Shown: positions 11,169 to 22,322, numbered from the stretch's first letter. The stretch is DNA of 64,000 nt from Gemmatimonadaceae bacterium (GCA_044224875.1 JBGAJQ010000010.1:32001-96000); one strand, 5' to 3'. The notes: generated by a model from the sequence alone, not told the origin. Numbers and translations: made by a program.

Positions 11169-11198
11169 CGTTGGGGCACTCGATGCCAAGGCATGCGG

Positions 11199-12461
11199 TC
11201 AGAAGAAATCCTGCAGCCACGCCTTCACACGCTGCGCCAGCTTGTCGACACCCGGTGTGTTCAGCTGCAACTTTCGTTGGCCACCGCCGGTCGTTGCCCC
11301 GATCGCATAACGAGTGGCGGCATACAACGCGAGGCCCACCGCCGTCGAATACTTCGGCGCTTCCACCGCGTCCGCCAGGCCACTGATGTTCTCCTTTGGC
11401 ACCCCGATCCGAACTCCGGTTCCAAAGACGTCCGCCGCCAGCTGCGACATCCCTGGCAGCGCGGCCACCCCTCCCGTGAGCACGATGCCGGCGCTCAGCT
11501 TGCCAAGGTAGCCGGACGAGTCGATGTCCCGCATGACCAGGTCAAAGATCTCGTCTGTCCGCTGGTGAATGATGTGCGCCAGCAGGTCACGTGAAATCTG
11601 CCGGTCTCCCTGTGCCATGGTGCTGGGCAACGTGAGGATCTCCGAGCGGTCGACCATTGGCTCGTAGGCGCAGCCGTACCGCTCCTTCAGCCGTTCGGCG
11701 TCTGCCTGCGTTACGCCCAACCCGTGCACGATGTCGTTCGTGACGTTGTTTCCGCCGTAGTTCACGGTGCCGAGATGCCGGATCTTCCCTTCGTGGAACA
11801 CCGCCACGTCGGTGGTGCCAGCTCCAACTTCGATCAGCGCCACCCCGAGTTCCTTCTCGTCTTCCGTGAGCGTGGCCAAGGCGCTCGCCAAGGGCTCGAG
11901 CACCAGCTCCTGCACCTTGTAGCCGGCCCGCTCGACGGCCCGTCGCAGGTTCGTTGCCGGTGCGCTACCGATGGTCACCAGGTACATCTCGGTCTCCAAC
12001 CGGGTACCGACCATCCCAATGGGGTCACGAATCCCCTCTTGGCGGTCCACCGTGTACTCCTGGGGAATCGCGTGCAGGAGTTCGCGATCCTGCGGAACGT
12101 CCTGGGCACGGGCGACGGCGTTGGCACGATCCACGTCGGGCTTCGTGATCTCGGAGCCACTTACGACCACAATGCCCTTGGAGATCATCGCCTCCATGTG
12201 TTCGCCGGCGATGCCTGCGTACACGGACTCCACCTTCGCACCCGCCATACGTTCCGCATCCGTGATCGCCTTGCGGATGGACTGCGTGGTCTCCTCAATG
12301 TCGGCCACGACGCCGCGCCGCAGTCCGGTCGTGCGCGCCTGTCCCACGCCCAAGACCTTGATGCCCGGGTGCCGTGGAAGCTCGCCCACCACGTCCGCGA
12401 TGATCGCGGTCGTTTTCGCGGAGCCGATATCGAGACCGGCAACTAGTCGTTCAACGTTCAT
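11199..12461 (-). CDS. ftsA: Cell division protein FtsA
   Basis: LDIGSAK, EVGAGTTD, IVLTGG actin-fold motifs; C-terminal amphipathic WLQDFF. Confidence 0.97.
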   Translation of the reverse strand: MNVERLVAGLDIGSAKTTAIIADVVGELPRHPGIKVLGVGQARTTGLRRGVVADIEETTQSIRKAITDAERMAGAKVESVYAGIAGEHMEAMISKGIVVVSGSEITKPDVDRANAVARAQDVPQDRELLHAIPQEYTVDRQEGIRDPIGMVGTRLETEMYLVTIGSAPATNLRRAVERAGYKVQELVLEPLASALATLTEDEKELGVALIEVGAGTTDVAVFHEGKIRHLGTVNYGGNNVTNDIVHGLGVTQADAERLKERYGCAYEPMVDRSEILTLPSTMAQGDRQISRDLLAHIIHQRTDEIFDLVMRDIDSSGYLGKLSAGIVLTGGVAALPGMSQLAADVFGTGVRIGVPKENISGLADAVEAPKYSTAVGLALYAATRYAIGATTGGGQRKLQLNTPGVDKLAQRVKAWLQDFF

Positions 12462-13171
12462 TGGATGCGGGCGATGACTTGGTCTTTGAAACGGAGGTCG
12501 AGTTCAACGGGCCGGGCACGACGCTTCGACAAGTCCTGTTCAACGGGAGCAATTTGCGCGAGCTGATCCAACGTGACATCAGCCATCGCCCGAACAGGAA
12601 CGGACACCAGCAATACCAGCAGCTCGTCCTTTCCGTTTCGCCGAATCTCGCTGATGCGTGCGAAGAGGGAAGGATCGCTCCCCCGCACCTCTCCGAGCAA
12701 GCGGAGAATGGTCGTGTCTCTTCGCGCGATCACCGGAAGATCGATGGGTGTCCGGCTTGGGTCGATGGCCAATTCACGTCCTTCCTCGTCGAAGGCGCGA
12801 TACCCCGTCGACGAGGGCGCGAGTGCCACCGGCACGTTCTCCTCCACGGTCACCACAAGGGTCGACGGGACCCGACGCGCCACGTCCACGTCCCGGATAT
12901 GGGGAAGCGCGCGGACGCGGCGCTCCAATACGCGAGTGTCGTCCCACAGTGAGCGCGAGGTGTCGATCGACAACGCCTTGGCGATTTCCGCGGGAGACGC
13001 ATAACGAGTCCCCCGCACCTCGACATGTCGCAAGCGGAAGAACGCCATCGGTCGCATGACGGCCGGGCCCCACCACGGAGACGACAGGGCCACGGCAGCG
13101 CCGAGGACTGCGAGAACACGGCGGATGCGGCGGCGCGGTCGCTCGGACGCGCCCAAATCCGAGTCAGTCAT
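12458..13171 (-). CDS. ftsQ: Cell division protein FtsQ/DivIB
   Basis: Single TM, POTRA region, C-terminal LDLRFKDQVI; ATGA overlaps with murC and ftsA. Confidence 0.88.
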   Translation of the reverse strand: MTDSDLGASERPRRRIRRVLAVLGAAVALSSPWWGPAVMRPMAFFRLRHVEVRGTRYASPAEIAKALSIDTSRSLWDDTRVLERRVRALPHIRDVDVARRVPSTLVVTVEENVPVALAPSSTGYRAFDEEGRELAIDPSRTPIDLPVIARRDTTILRLLGEVRGSDPSLFARISEIRRNGKDELLVLLVSVPVRAMADVTLDQLAQIAPVEQDLSKRRARPVELDLRFKDQVIARIQ

Positions 13172-14583
13172 GCGCGCGCCGCCAATCGCTGTATCACCTC
13201 TGCCCCAGTCCGCGTGATATCCCCCGCTCCAAGGGTGATCACCACATCGCCCTCGCGAACCACTTGCGTGATCGCCTCGGCGAGCTCCGATCTCGAACCA
13301 CGCCAAGCCACTGAGCGTCCAGCCGTGCGGCACGCGTCCTCGATGAGTCCAGAGCTCACCCCCGGAAGCGGGGCCTCGCGGGCCGGATAGATCTCGGTCA
13401 GGAAGATCACATCGGCGCGCGCGAGCACTTCACCAAAGCTGATCGCAAAATCGCGCGTCCGCGTGAAGAGGTGCGGCTGGAACGCCGCCACGAGTCGTCG
13501 CCCAGGGAACGTCGCACGGGCAGCGTCCAGCGTTGCGGCGATCTCCGTTGGGTGGTGCGCATAGTCGTCCACCACATCGACGCCCGCCACGGCGCCAAGC
13601 CGCTGGAAACGCCGTTCCACTCCCTCGAACGCCTCCAGGCCCGGCCTCATGGCATCCAGCGTCACTCCTAACGCCAGCCCACTCGCTACGGCGGCCAGGG
13701 CGTTTCGCACATTGTGCATCCCCGGCACCTGCAAGCTCACCTCACCAAGCACATCGCCGTCGAATGAAACCAAGAGGCGCGTCCGTCCGTGTTCGCGCGC
13801 GACTTCGCTGGCCACGACGCGTGCGTTGTTGGCATCTACGCCGTAGCGCAGTACCTCGGCGCCCGTCGCGACGTTGAGCGAGTTGGCTCCGGCATCATCG
13901 GCGCATATGACGACGGTGTTGGCAGGCGCAAGAAAGCGCTCGAACGCATCGGTGATGTCGCTCAGGTCCCGATAGATATCGAGGTGATCCGCCTCGACGT
14001 TGGTTACGACAGCGATCGATGGTGTCAGCGCCAGGAACGACCGGTCATATTCGTCAGCCTCAACCACGAACACTCGCTCTCCCGCGAAGCGCAGGTTGCC
14101 GCCCCAGGAACTGACGCGCCCACCCGCCAGCCCCGTCGGGGCCAACCCGGCCGCGGTCAGCGCGTCAGTCGTCAGCACGGTCGTCGTGGTCTTGCCGTGC
14201 GTCCCTGCAATGGCAACCAACGCGCCGCCGGTAACCGCCGCGCCCAGGGCTTCGGCGCGCCGCATCACGGGAAGGCCGAGTTCACGAGCGCGCCCGAGCT
14301 CTGGGTGCGCGCGCGACATGGCGGAGGTCACCACCACCCCGCGGGCGCGATCCACATGCGACGGATCGTGCCGGTCGTACACGACGATTCCCGCGCGTTC
14401 CAGATCGGCGGCAAAACCGGCGTTGGCGGCCGCGTCGCAGCCAGTGATGGGCACGCCGCGCTTGAAGAGCAGCTCCGCCAGGGCACTCATCCCGGCTCCG
14501 GCGATGCCCACAAAATGCACCGGACGTGAATCCGTCACGTCCAGGAGCATTGCAGTGGAGTCGGCAGGGGGCGGAAGCGACAT
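13168..14583 (-). CDS. murC: UDP-N-acetylmuramate--L-alanine ligase
   Basis: GIAGAGMS, GTHGKTTT, EADEYD, DDYAHHP. Start is 14583 or 14550. Confidence 0.96.
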   Translation of the reverse strand: MSLPPPADSTAMLLDVTDSRPVHFVGIAGAGMSALAELLFKRGVPITGCDAAANAGFAADLERAGIVVYDRHDPSHVDRARGVVVTSAMSRAHPELGRARELGLPVMRRAEALGAAVTGGALVAIAGTHGKTTTTVLTTDALTAAGLAPTGLAGGRVSSWGGNLRFAGERVFVVEADEYDRSFLALTPSIAVVTNVEADHLDIYRDLSDITDAFERFLAPANTVVICADDAGANSLNVATGAEVLRYGVDANNARVVASEVAREHGRTRLLVSFDGDVLGEVSLQVPGMHNVRNALAAVASGLALGVTLDAMRPGLEAFEGVERRFQRLGAVAGVDVVDDYAHHPTEIAATLDAARATFPGRRLVAAFQPHLFTRTRDFAISFGEVLARADVIFLTEIYPAREAPLPGVSSGLIEDACRTAGRSVAWRGSRSELAEAITQVVREGDVVITLGAGDITRTGAEVIQRLAARA

Positions 14584-14632
14584 GAAAGAAGTCTTGACGC
14601 AGCGGCGCGCCCGGGCAAGGGCGCAGCACTCG

Positions 14633-15748
14633 TTAGGTGTTGGCCATGGTGGTCGGTTCCGATCGGACCAATGCCAGCACCCGCTGGGCAATCTGGGCCG
14701 CGGCAGCTGGTCGCGCGCGGGCACGGGCACCGGCAGCGAGCGCCTCCAAGGCGCTGGTTTGCTGGACGAGGCCTCGCACCATGGCGTCGATCCGATCGAC
14801 CGTCAGGTCAGACTGTTTCACCCATTGCGCGGCACCGGCTTCGGCCAGCGCCCGGGCGTTCGCGGTCTGGTGGTCCGCCGCGGCCGTGGGCAGTGGCACG
14901 AGGATCATTGGTACGCCCCACGCGCACAACTCGGCCGTCGTCATGGCGCCCGCGCGTGTCAGCGCCAGCGACGCGACCGCGTAGGCTTCGGCGATTGGCG
15001 CGAGATAAGGCCGGACGACCACCCGCGCCGACGCACGGGCGGCGTGCTTGGCGAAGTGATCTCGTCCGGTTGCCCAGATCACGGACAACCCAGGGGGAAG
15101 CCCGCGGCCGATCCAGGCGTCCACCGCGGCGTTCAACGCCGCCGACCCTTGCGAACCCCCGAACACCAGCAGGACGCGGTCTGTGGGCGACAAGTCCCAG
15201 TGTCGCATAGCCTCGGATCGGCTCTGACGCGTTGCAGGTGGCGGTTCGATCGGGTTGCCGGTATCGTGCGCCCGATTTCGCACCGTGACGGGAAGCGCTT
15301 GGATGGCTTCCGGAAAGCCCACGTAGATCTCTCGCGCACTGCCGCTGAACCATCGGATGGTCTGCCCCGGGAACGAGTTCGCCTCCTGCAGGACCAGCGG
15401 GATTCCGCGCCATCGGCTGAATAGCAGCGCGGCGCTCGAGGCGTAGCCACCGGTGCCGAACGTGAGTCGCGGCGGATCAGACGTCGCGAGCGTGCGAAGT
15501 TGCGACATGGCACGCGCGAGTCCGACCACCGTTTGCCAGTTACGCCACGGACGCGATCGATAGAGCGGGTGCAGGTCGAGGAGCGTGTATGGGAACCCGG
15601 CGTTAGGCAGGATCTCTCGCTCGATGCCGCGTGTCGCGCCCAGGAAATAAGGCTGCACGTCGGGCGCCATTCGAATCAGGGCACGGGCCACTGCCAACGC
15701 CGGGTACAGGTGCCCACCCGTCCCCCCACCAGCAAAGAAAATCCGCAC
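14633..15748 (-). CDS. murG: MurG GlcNAc transferase
   Basis: GGGTGGH, GGY, GNP, GGSQG, HQTANA. Confidence 0.97.
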   Translation of the reverse strand: MRIFFAGGGTGGHLYPALAVARALIRMAPDVQPYFLGATRGIEREILPNAGFPYTLLDLHPLYRSRPWRNWQTVVGLARAMSQLRTLATSDPPRLTFGTGGYASSAALLFSRWRGIPLVLQEANSFPGQTIRWFSGSAREIYVGFPEAIQALPVTVRNRAHDTGNPIEPPPATRQSRSEAMRHWDLSPTDRVLLVFGGSQGSAALNAAVDAWIGRGLPPGLSVIWATGRDHFAKHAARASARVVVRPYLAPIAEAYAVASLALTRAGAMTTAELCAWGVPMILVPLPTAAADHQTANARALAEAGAAQWVKQSDLTVDRIDAMVRGLVQQTSALEALAAGARARARPAAAAQIAQRVLALVRSEPTTMANT

Positions 15749-16921
15749 TTACGTCGTCGCCATCAATGGATCGGTGGCTGCCGCGTTGAATACACGCTCC
15801 TTGGAACTCCCGATGTTGACCAGGATGCCCGTCATTACGAGCGAAACCAGGAGGTTGGTGCGGCCATACGAAATGAATGGCAGCGTGAGGCCGGTGGTCG
15901 GTAGCAGGCCGATGGCAACGCCAATATGAAGGTACGCGGTGATGGACGTCGTGAACGTGCACCCTAACGCGACGAGCTGCAGGAACGGAGAGCGCGCCTG
16001 CCGTGCGATCCGAATCCCGAGCCACGTGTAGGCCGCGAAGGCCAGCACCAGCGCCGTCATCCCGAGAAAGCCCCACTCCTCACCGATCGTCGCGCCAATG
16101 AAGTCGTTGAACCCCATGGGCACATAGCCGTACTGCTGGCGCCCCTGACCGAACCCCCGTCCGAAGATGCCGCCAGATCCAACTGCGATCAGTGACTGAC
16201 GCAGCTGGTAGCTGAGTTCCGCCGGCGCCTTGTCGGCGTCCAGAAACGAGAAAATGCGCATGATCGCGTACTGCAGCCGCAACATGTAGTGCCAGAGCAC
16301 CGGGATGGCGATGACGCCCAGGGCGACGAAATGGCCGATTCGGACGCCGCCGGCGAAGAGAATGATGGCCATGACCAAGGTGTACATGACGGCGACCGAA
16401 AAATCCGGCTCGAGGATCGCCAAGGCATCTAGCACACCCACCACTGCCATGAAGGGGAGAAGCCCCTTCGTCAGGCGGCGCATGCCTTCCTCTCCCTTGC
16501 GAACCAGCAACTCGGATGTCCAGATGATCACGGCCATCTTGCCGAACTCAGACGGCTGCAACGCAGTCCCCAGGATGAACCGCCGAGAGCCGTGCACCCG
16601 GGGCGCAATCGACTCAGTGAACGGGAGGACGGTCACGAGCATCATGAGGATGGCAATCACCATGAGCGGACGAGCGATTTTTTCCAGATGCTGAGCATCC
16701 ACCTTGGCCAGGATCATGAAGGCCACGATGGACGCCAGCGCCCCCATGGACTGACGCGCCGCATAGTACCAACCGGCGTGCCCATCGTTCATCGCCACGA
16801 TGGCACTCGCGCTGTAGAGGGTCGCAAGACCAAACGCCAGCAGAACGCTGGTCACCAGAACCAGCGCGCGTGCCTCGTTGCCCATCACCCAACGGTCGCG
16901 GACGCGCAGCGTGTCCGTCAT
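15749..16921 (-). CDS. ftsW: SEDS peptidoglycan polymerase FtsW
   Basis: QPSEFGK, DFIGATIGEEWG, TGLTLPFISYG; about 10 TMs; dcw position. Confidence 0.95.
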   Translation of the reverse strand: MTDTLRVRDRWVMGNEARALVLVTSVLLAFGLATLYSASAIVAMNDGHAGWYYAARQSMGALASIVAFMILAKVDAQHLEKIARPLMVIAILMMLVTVLPFTESIAPRVHGSRRFILGTALQPSEFGKMAVIIWTSELLVRKGEEGMRRLTKGLLPFMAVVGVLDALAILEPDFSVAVMYTLVMAIILFAGGVRIGHFVALGVIAIPVLWHYMLRLQYAIMRIFSFLDADKAPAELSYQLRQSLIAVGSGGIFGRGFGQGRQQYGYVPMGFNDFIGATIGEEWGFLGMTALVLAFAAYTWLGIRIARQARSPFLQLVALGCTFTTSITAYLHIGVAIGLLPTTGLTLPFISYGRTNLLVSLVMTGILVNIGSSKERVFNAAATDPLMATT

Positions 16922-18294
16922 GGCAAACTTCCCTTGGCCAGCGACGCAAAGCGCTGCCCTCTTTCCTCAAAATTGGAAAACATGTCGTAGCTGGAACAGG
17001 CGGGGGACAGCAACACGGCATCTCCGGGCCGGGCCAACTGGCGCGCACGTGCCATCACGACTTCGAACGGCCCGTCCACACGCTCCACGGGCACCTCACC
17101 CGCCAGCTCTTCCATGATCAGCGGCGCAGCCGCACCGTACGCGATGGTTTGCCGGCACCGCGCGCGAATCGGTTCGATCATCGCCTTGTACGATTCGCCC
17201 TTGTGCTTGCCACCCAGCAGCAGCACGGTCGGCCTGTCCATCGACCACACGCCGACCACGGCCGAGGCGACGTTCGTCGCCTTGGAATCGTCAATCCACG
17301 TCACCCCACCAAAGACGCCGACAGTCTCGAGCCGATGTGCCAGTGGCTTCACGGTTCGCAAGCCGGCGGCCATGCGGTCCCGTGCGTGCAGAGTGCGAAA
17401 GTCGGGATCTGCCAGCATGACGGCCAGTGCCGCGGCGAGCGCGTTCCCGACGTTGTGATCGCCAAGCAGTGGCAGTTCGGCCCGCGCGATCAGCGGTGCG
17501 TCCAGCACAATCAACTGGCCCCCCTTCCGATCGTAAAAGGCGTCGCACAAGCGACCTCGCGCACTATATCGCTGCACCACACCGTCCACGCCTCGCACCA
17601 TCTCCATCGCGTCGGGATTGTCGGCGTTGATCACCCAACGCGATCGGGAAGTCGCGTTCCGAAAGAAGGTGCGTTTGTCGGCATAGTACGCGTCGACCGA
17701 CGGGTACCGATCAAGGTGGTCGGGCGCCAGGTTGGTCAGCACGCCGACATCGGGCCGGATGCTGGGAGTGTCGTGAAGTTGGAAGGAGGATAGCTCGATC
17801 GCGGTCCACGTCGGGGGCGGGTATTGCAGGGCCAGACCGCTCACCGCTTGCCCGATGTTTCCCGTGGCGTCGGCCGGTACGCCTAACGCGCGAAGCAGGT
17901 GCGCCACGATGGCCGTCACCGTGGACTTTCCGTTCGTTCCCGTGACAGCGATGTAGCGCAATCCCGGCATCAGGGACAGCGCCACTTCGACTTCGCTCAC
18001 AATCTCGACGCCGGCAGTGCGAGCACGTTGCAGCACCTCGGCATCGGGCGGCACACCGGGGCTGACGATCACCGTGGACGCCGCCGCCACGCGAGCCAAG
18101 TCATGGTGCCCGACGTCAACGTGTACGCCGACCGCCCGCAGGGACTCGGCGACCCGCGTGAGCGAGGGTGACGACCCAGCGTCTGACGCATAGACGCGTG
18201 CGTGATGCGAGCGGAGCAGACGCGAGACGGCCTCGCCACTCCGGCCCAATCCAATGACCGCCTGCTCGCCCCGCAGCCAGCGTTCGTGCGTCAT
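16918..18294 (-). CDS. murD: MurD ligase
   Basis: GTNGKST, ELSSFQL, DHLDRY, DDSKATN, SPACSSYD. Confidence 0.97.
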   Translation of the reverse strand: MTHERWLRGEQAVIGLGRSGEAVSRLLRSHHARVYASDAGSSPSLTRVAESLRAVGVHVDVGHHDLARVAAASTVIVSPGVPPDAEVLQRARTAGVEIVSEVEVALSLMPGLRYIAVTGTNGKSTVTAIVAHLLRALGVPADATGNIGQAVSGLALQYPPPTWTAIELSSFQLHDTPSIRPDVGVLTNLAPDHLDRYPSVDAYYADKRTFFRNATSRSRWVINADNPDAMEMVRGVDGVVQRYSARGRLCDAFYDRKGGQLIVLDAPLIARAELPLLGDHNVGNALAAALAVMLADPDFRTLHARDRMAAGLRTVKPLAHRLETVGVFGGVTWIDDSKATNVASAVVGVWSMDRPTVLLLGGKHKGESYKAMIEPIRARCRQTIAYGAAAPLIMEELAGEVPVERVDGPFEVVMARARQLARPGDAVLLSPACSSYDMFSNFEERGQRFASLAKGSLP

Positions 18295-19433
18295 CGCAGC
18301 TTAAGGGTCGTGAGCGCGACAAAGGCGCACAGGATACCCAGGATCCAGAATCGCACCACCACTTGAGTCTCCTTCCACCCCGATAGCTCAAAGTGGTGAT
18401 GGAGGGGCGCTCGGCGGAAGAGGCGGTTCTTCTGGGCGTATTCCACGCCGTACCGGCGGCGGCGGTACTTGAACACGGAGCGCTGCAGGATCACCGACAC
18501 GGTCTCGGCCACAAACACCCCACCGATAAGCAGCAGCAGAAACTCGCTCTTGAGCAGGATGGCGATGGCGCCGATCGCCCCTCCCAGCGCAAGCGCACCG
18601 GTATCTCCCATCATGACCTGAGCCGGATGCGTGTTGAACCAGAGAAAGCCCACACAAGCACCGGCCAAGGCCATACAGTAGACCGTGAGCTCCCCGCTTC
18701 CCGGCAGGTAAAACAGCTGCAGGTACGCACTGGCATCTACGCGCCCCATCACGTAGGCAAACAAGGCAAAAGTCGTAATCGCGATCGACGAGAGCCCGGC
18801 GCTCAGTCCGTCCAGGCCGTCAGCCAGGTTGACCGAGTTGCTCGTCCCCGTCAGGATAAACGCCACCCAGCCAACGTATAGGACTTCGAGCGCGGCGGTG
18901 GCTGGCACCACGTAGACGTACTTGAAGAATGGCACCGTCGTGGCCGCACCGGGCAGCGGACCCAGCGGAAACTTCCACAGGACGAAGCCAATGAGCGCGC
19001 CGATAGACACCTGTCCGATCAGCTTGTAGCGCTCAACCAATCCCACATTCTCCTTCCCTTCCCGCTTCTGCTTCAGCTTCAGGTAGTCGTCGAGAAACCC
19101 TATTCCGCCCATCCACACGGTGACCAGAAGTGCGACCAAGACGTATCGATTGTCCAGCCGGGTCCACAACAGGGTCGGCCCGACCGATGCGGCGAGAATG
19201 ATGAGTCCTCCCATGGTCGGCGTCGACGCCTTGACCTGGTGCGTGTCCGGCGTCCCCTCCCGCACCACCTGTCGCACCCGCAGCGCCTTCAAGCGCCGGA
19301 TGATCGGCGGGCCAACCAGGAACGACATCAACAAGGCCGTGACCGCCGCGGCGGCCGCACGCACGGAGATGTAGTTAATGAGCCGAAGCGTCGGGAAGTC
19401 GGCGACGAGGGGCGCAAGGAGGTAGTGGAGCAC
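18291..19433 (-). CDS. mraY: Phospho-MurNAc-pentapeptide transferase
   Basis: TPTMGG, DDYLK, NLADGLDG, MGDTG, APLHHHFE. Confidence 0.97.
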   Translation of the reverse strand: MLHYLLAPLVADFPTLRLINYISVRAAAAAVTALLMSFLVGPPIIRRLKALRVRQVVREGTPDTHQVKASTPTMGGLIILAASVGPTLLWTRLDNRYVLVALLVTVWMGGIGFLDDYLKLKQKREGKENVGLVERYKLIGQVSIGALIGFVLWKFPLGPLPGAATTVPFFKYVYVVPATAALEVLYVGWVAFILTGTSNSVNLADGLDGLSAGLSSIAITTFALFAYVMGRVDASAYLQLFYLPGSGELTVYCMALAGACVGFLWFNTHPAQVMMGDTGALALGGAIGAIAILLKSEFLLLLIGGVFVAETVSVILQRSVFKYRRRRYGVEYAQKNRLFRRAPLHHHFELSGWKETQVVVRFWILGILCAFVALTTLKLR

Positions 19434-19451
19434 CGGGCGGAGCCTAACGCG

Positions 19452-20843
19452 TTAAGGGTGAGGCGCGTCGGAAGCGCCGGGCCTGGCAACACCTGCAAAG
19501 TCGCGCAACATCGGTACAAGCCGTTCCAGCCGTGCCCCGCGAGAGCCCTTCAGCAAAACGATCGCGTTCGATGGGAGGTGCGGTCGCAACAGCGGCCATA
19601 ACTGGTCAAACTCGGGCGCTGTCACCACGCGCGGCGCCCCCCGCGGTGCGTCGGCGAGCGCCGTCGCGAACGCGCCGACGCCAGCGACTACGGCACAACT
19701 GGACGCTAGCGCCCGATCGGCAATCTCCCGATGCAACGCAGCCGATCGCTCTCCCAGCTCCAACATGGAACCTAGCACCACGACATGCGGTCGTGTGCCA
19801 TCCAGTCGATCGAGCAAGGCAAGCGCCTCACGCGCCGAGGCCGGATTGGCATTGTACGCGTCGTTGATCACGCTCAGACTCCCCATCTGTTCCCACGCGC
19901 CCCGCATCGGGAGTGGCGTCATCCGGGAGAGCCCTTCCAACGCCCGCTCGATCGGTACGCCGAGCGCGTCGGCAACAGCCAAAGCCAGCATCGCATTGCG
20001 GGCATTATGAGCTCCCCGCAGGGGCAGCGTCACCTGGACGTCGCCCACTCGAAGCCACACTGCTCCGTCGGGTGCGAGACCCCACGCGTTGGGGTGAAGG
20101 TCACCTCGTTCCAGCCCGGCTTCAACAGTTCGATGCGCCAGCGCCCGCGCGGCCGCTCCGACCTCCGGTTGCGACGCTGGTGCAATGGCCAGCGGGACGC
20201 CGCGGAATACAGAGGATTCTTCCACTAGCACGCCTTCTAGATCCCCGAGCCCCTCGAGGTGTTCTTCTCCAATCGACGTGACCACCGCGACGTCCGGCTC
20301 CACGATGCCACGCAACACGTTGACTTCTCCGGGCCGATTGGTGCCAATCTCTATGACGGCGAGGTCGGCATCGTCCGGAATGTCCAACAGGGTCAGCGGT
20401 ACACCGACAAAGTTGTTCAGGTTGCCCTCGGTCGCATGCACCTCGAACGCCACCCCTAACGCCGCCCGCACGAGTTCCTTGGTGCTGGACTTCCCGTTGG
20501 AGCCGGCGATGGCGACGACCGGCTTGCTCCAGGCACGCCGGCGAAATCGCCCGAGCGCGCCGAGGGCCGCCAGGGTGTCGTGGACGGCGAGGACCGGCAC
20601 GCCAGCTCCAACGGCTCGGGCAGGATCGGCAACCACCAGCAGCCCCGCACCCCGCGACAGCGCCTCGCGAAGGAAATCGTGCGCGTCGAAACGTTCCCCG
20701 CGCAGCGCAACAAAGATGTCGCCTGGCTGCAGCGACCGCGTGTCCGTCGACACCCGGCCCAATCTCGCCGTGCCTCGCGGCAAGGCACCCCAGGCTTCGT
20801 CGGCCAGTGCCTGGCTTACGAGATCCACGGTCCAGAAACTCAC
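19452..20843 (-). CDS. murF: MurF ligase
   Basis: GSNGKSSTK, NLNN, DAYNANP, KGSRG. Confidence 0.96.
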   Translation of the reverse strand: MSFWTVDLVSQALADEAWGALPRGTARLGRVSTDTRSLQPGDIFVALRGERFDAHDFLREALSRGAGLLVVADPARAVGAGVPVLAVHDTLAALGALGRFRRRAWSKPVVAIAGSNGKSSTKELVRAALGVAFEVHATEGNLNNFVGVPLTLLDIPDDADLAVIEIGTNRPGEVNVLRGIVEPDVAVVTSIGEEHLEGLGDLEGVLVEESSVFRGVPLAIAPASQPEVGAAARALAHRTVEAGLERGDLHPNAWGLAPDGAVWLRVGDVQVTLPLRGAHNARNAMLALAVADALGVPIERALEGLSRMTPLPMRGAWEQMGSLSVINDAYNANPASAREALALLDRLDGTRPHVVVLGSMLELGERSAALHREIADRALASSCAVVAGVGAFATALADAPRGAPRVVTAPEFDQLWPLLRPHLPSNAIVLLKGSRGARLERLVPMLRDFAGVARPGASDAPHP

Positions 20844-22322
20844 GACGCCAGCCCCATGGCAAGCGAGAGCTCCTGCACGATCGCCCGTTCGTCGAACGGC
20901 AGCGTCGATGTTCCGCGAATCTGATATGTCTCGTGTCCTTTCCCGGCGAGCACCACCACATCGTTCGGCTTTGCCAGTTCCAGCGCTCGTGCAATCGCAC
21001 GACGCCGATCTTCGATCCGTTCGTGGGGACGCGTCATCCCACGCTCGATGTCGTCGAGGATTCGTTCGGGATCCTCGGTACGTGGGTTGTCACTGGTAAC
21101 GATGGCAAGGTCACCCTTCTTCTCGGCAATCGCGCCCATCAAAGGCCGCTTTCCACGATCGCGGTCACCACCGCAACCGAAGACCACCAGCAGTCGCCCC
21201 TCGACAAAAGGCCGCACGGCATCCAGTGCTCGCTCGAGCGCATCAGGTGTGTGCGCGTAGTCGCGGAGGACCACGGGCCGCTCCAACACGCGCTCCAGGC
21301 GCCCAGGCACCTGCGGCATACTCGAAAGGCGGGCCGCGATGTCCGTGGGGCTCATCCCCAGTGCCCACGCCGCCGCCGCCGCGCCCAACGCATTGGCCAC
21401 GTTAAACTCGCCGAGGAGCGGGAGTTCGACCGCGACCCTCGCGGCACCTGGGGTCAACAGCTCAAACGCGCTGCCCCGCGATGTCGGGGTCAGGCGATCC
21501 GCGCGAACCTCCGCCTGTGCCGTAGTCCCGAACGTCACGCGTCGTGGAGCCGCCGGCAGGTCGCGCCAGACGGCATCGTCGGCGTTCACCACGGCTGTAC
21601 CCTTTGCCGTGAGGTAACTCGTCAGCCGAAACTTGGACGCCACGTAGGACTCCATGGTCCCGTGGTAGTCGAGATGATCTCGCGTGATATTGGTGAACAC
21701 CGCCGCCTGGAAGGCCAATCCGTCGACCCGGCGCTGCGCGAGGCTGTGCGACGACACTTCCATGGCCACGTACCGCGCCCTGCGATCGGCGATCACCCGC
21801 AGTAGACGTTGCAGCTCCACGGGACCCGGCGTGGTAAGTCCCCCGCCACCCGGGAGGACCTCGCCCTCGCTGCCGATCAGGACGCCCAATGTGCCGATCG
21901 ACGCCGCCGGCGCCGAGTCCTCGTGGAACAGGTGCCGCAACATTCCGACGGTCGTGGTCTTGCCATTCGTTCCGGTGACGGCGATCAGCTGCAGGCTCAC
22001 CGCGGGATGTCCATAGGCGACAGCCGCCACGATCGCGGCCGCACGGCGGCCATCACGCACCTACCATTGCCGGCAAGGTCGTGCGGTGTTCATCCTCGAC
22101 CACCGCCACGATCGCACCTGCGCGTGCCGCGGCATCGAGGTAGTCGTGTCCGTCGCGATCATGACCGTGCACCGCGATGAACAGCATCCCTGGTTTTACC
22201 TGACGACTGTCGTCGGTGACACTCGTCACCGATGGTGGCAGCGTACCGCGGCCGTGCACCAGGAGGTCCGCAGCCCGCAGGGCGTCCAGGACCGCGTCGG
22301 TCGAGACGGGGTGGGGTATCAC
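20840..22322 (-). CDS. murE: MurE ligase, split by a 1-nt insertion near 22061 (probable sequence error)
   Basis: N-part (TDDSR, DGHDY) at 22053-22322; C-part (GTNGKTT, EVSSH, DYAHTPD, DNPR, GKGHE) at 20840-22060. Removing one G from GTAGGTG joins the two frames. Confidence 0.9.

Noticed and set aside
22053..22065. Programmed frameshift or natural split of murE
   Set aside because: No slippery sequence; a single extra G explains it, and similar errors occur elsewhere in the window.
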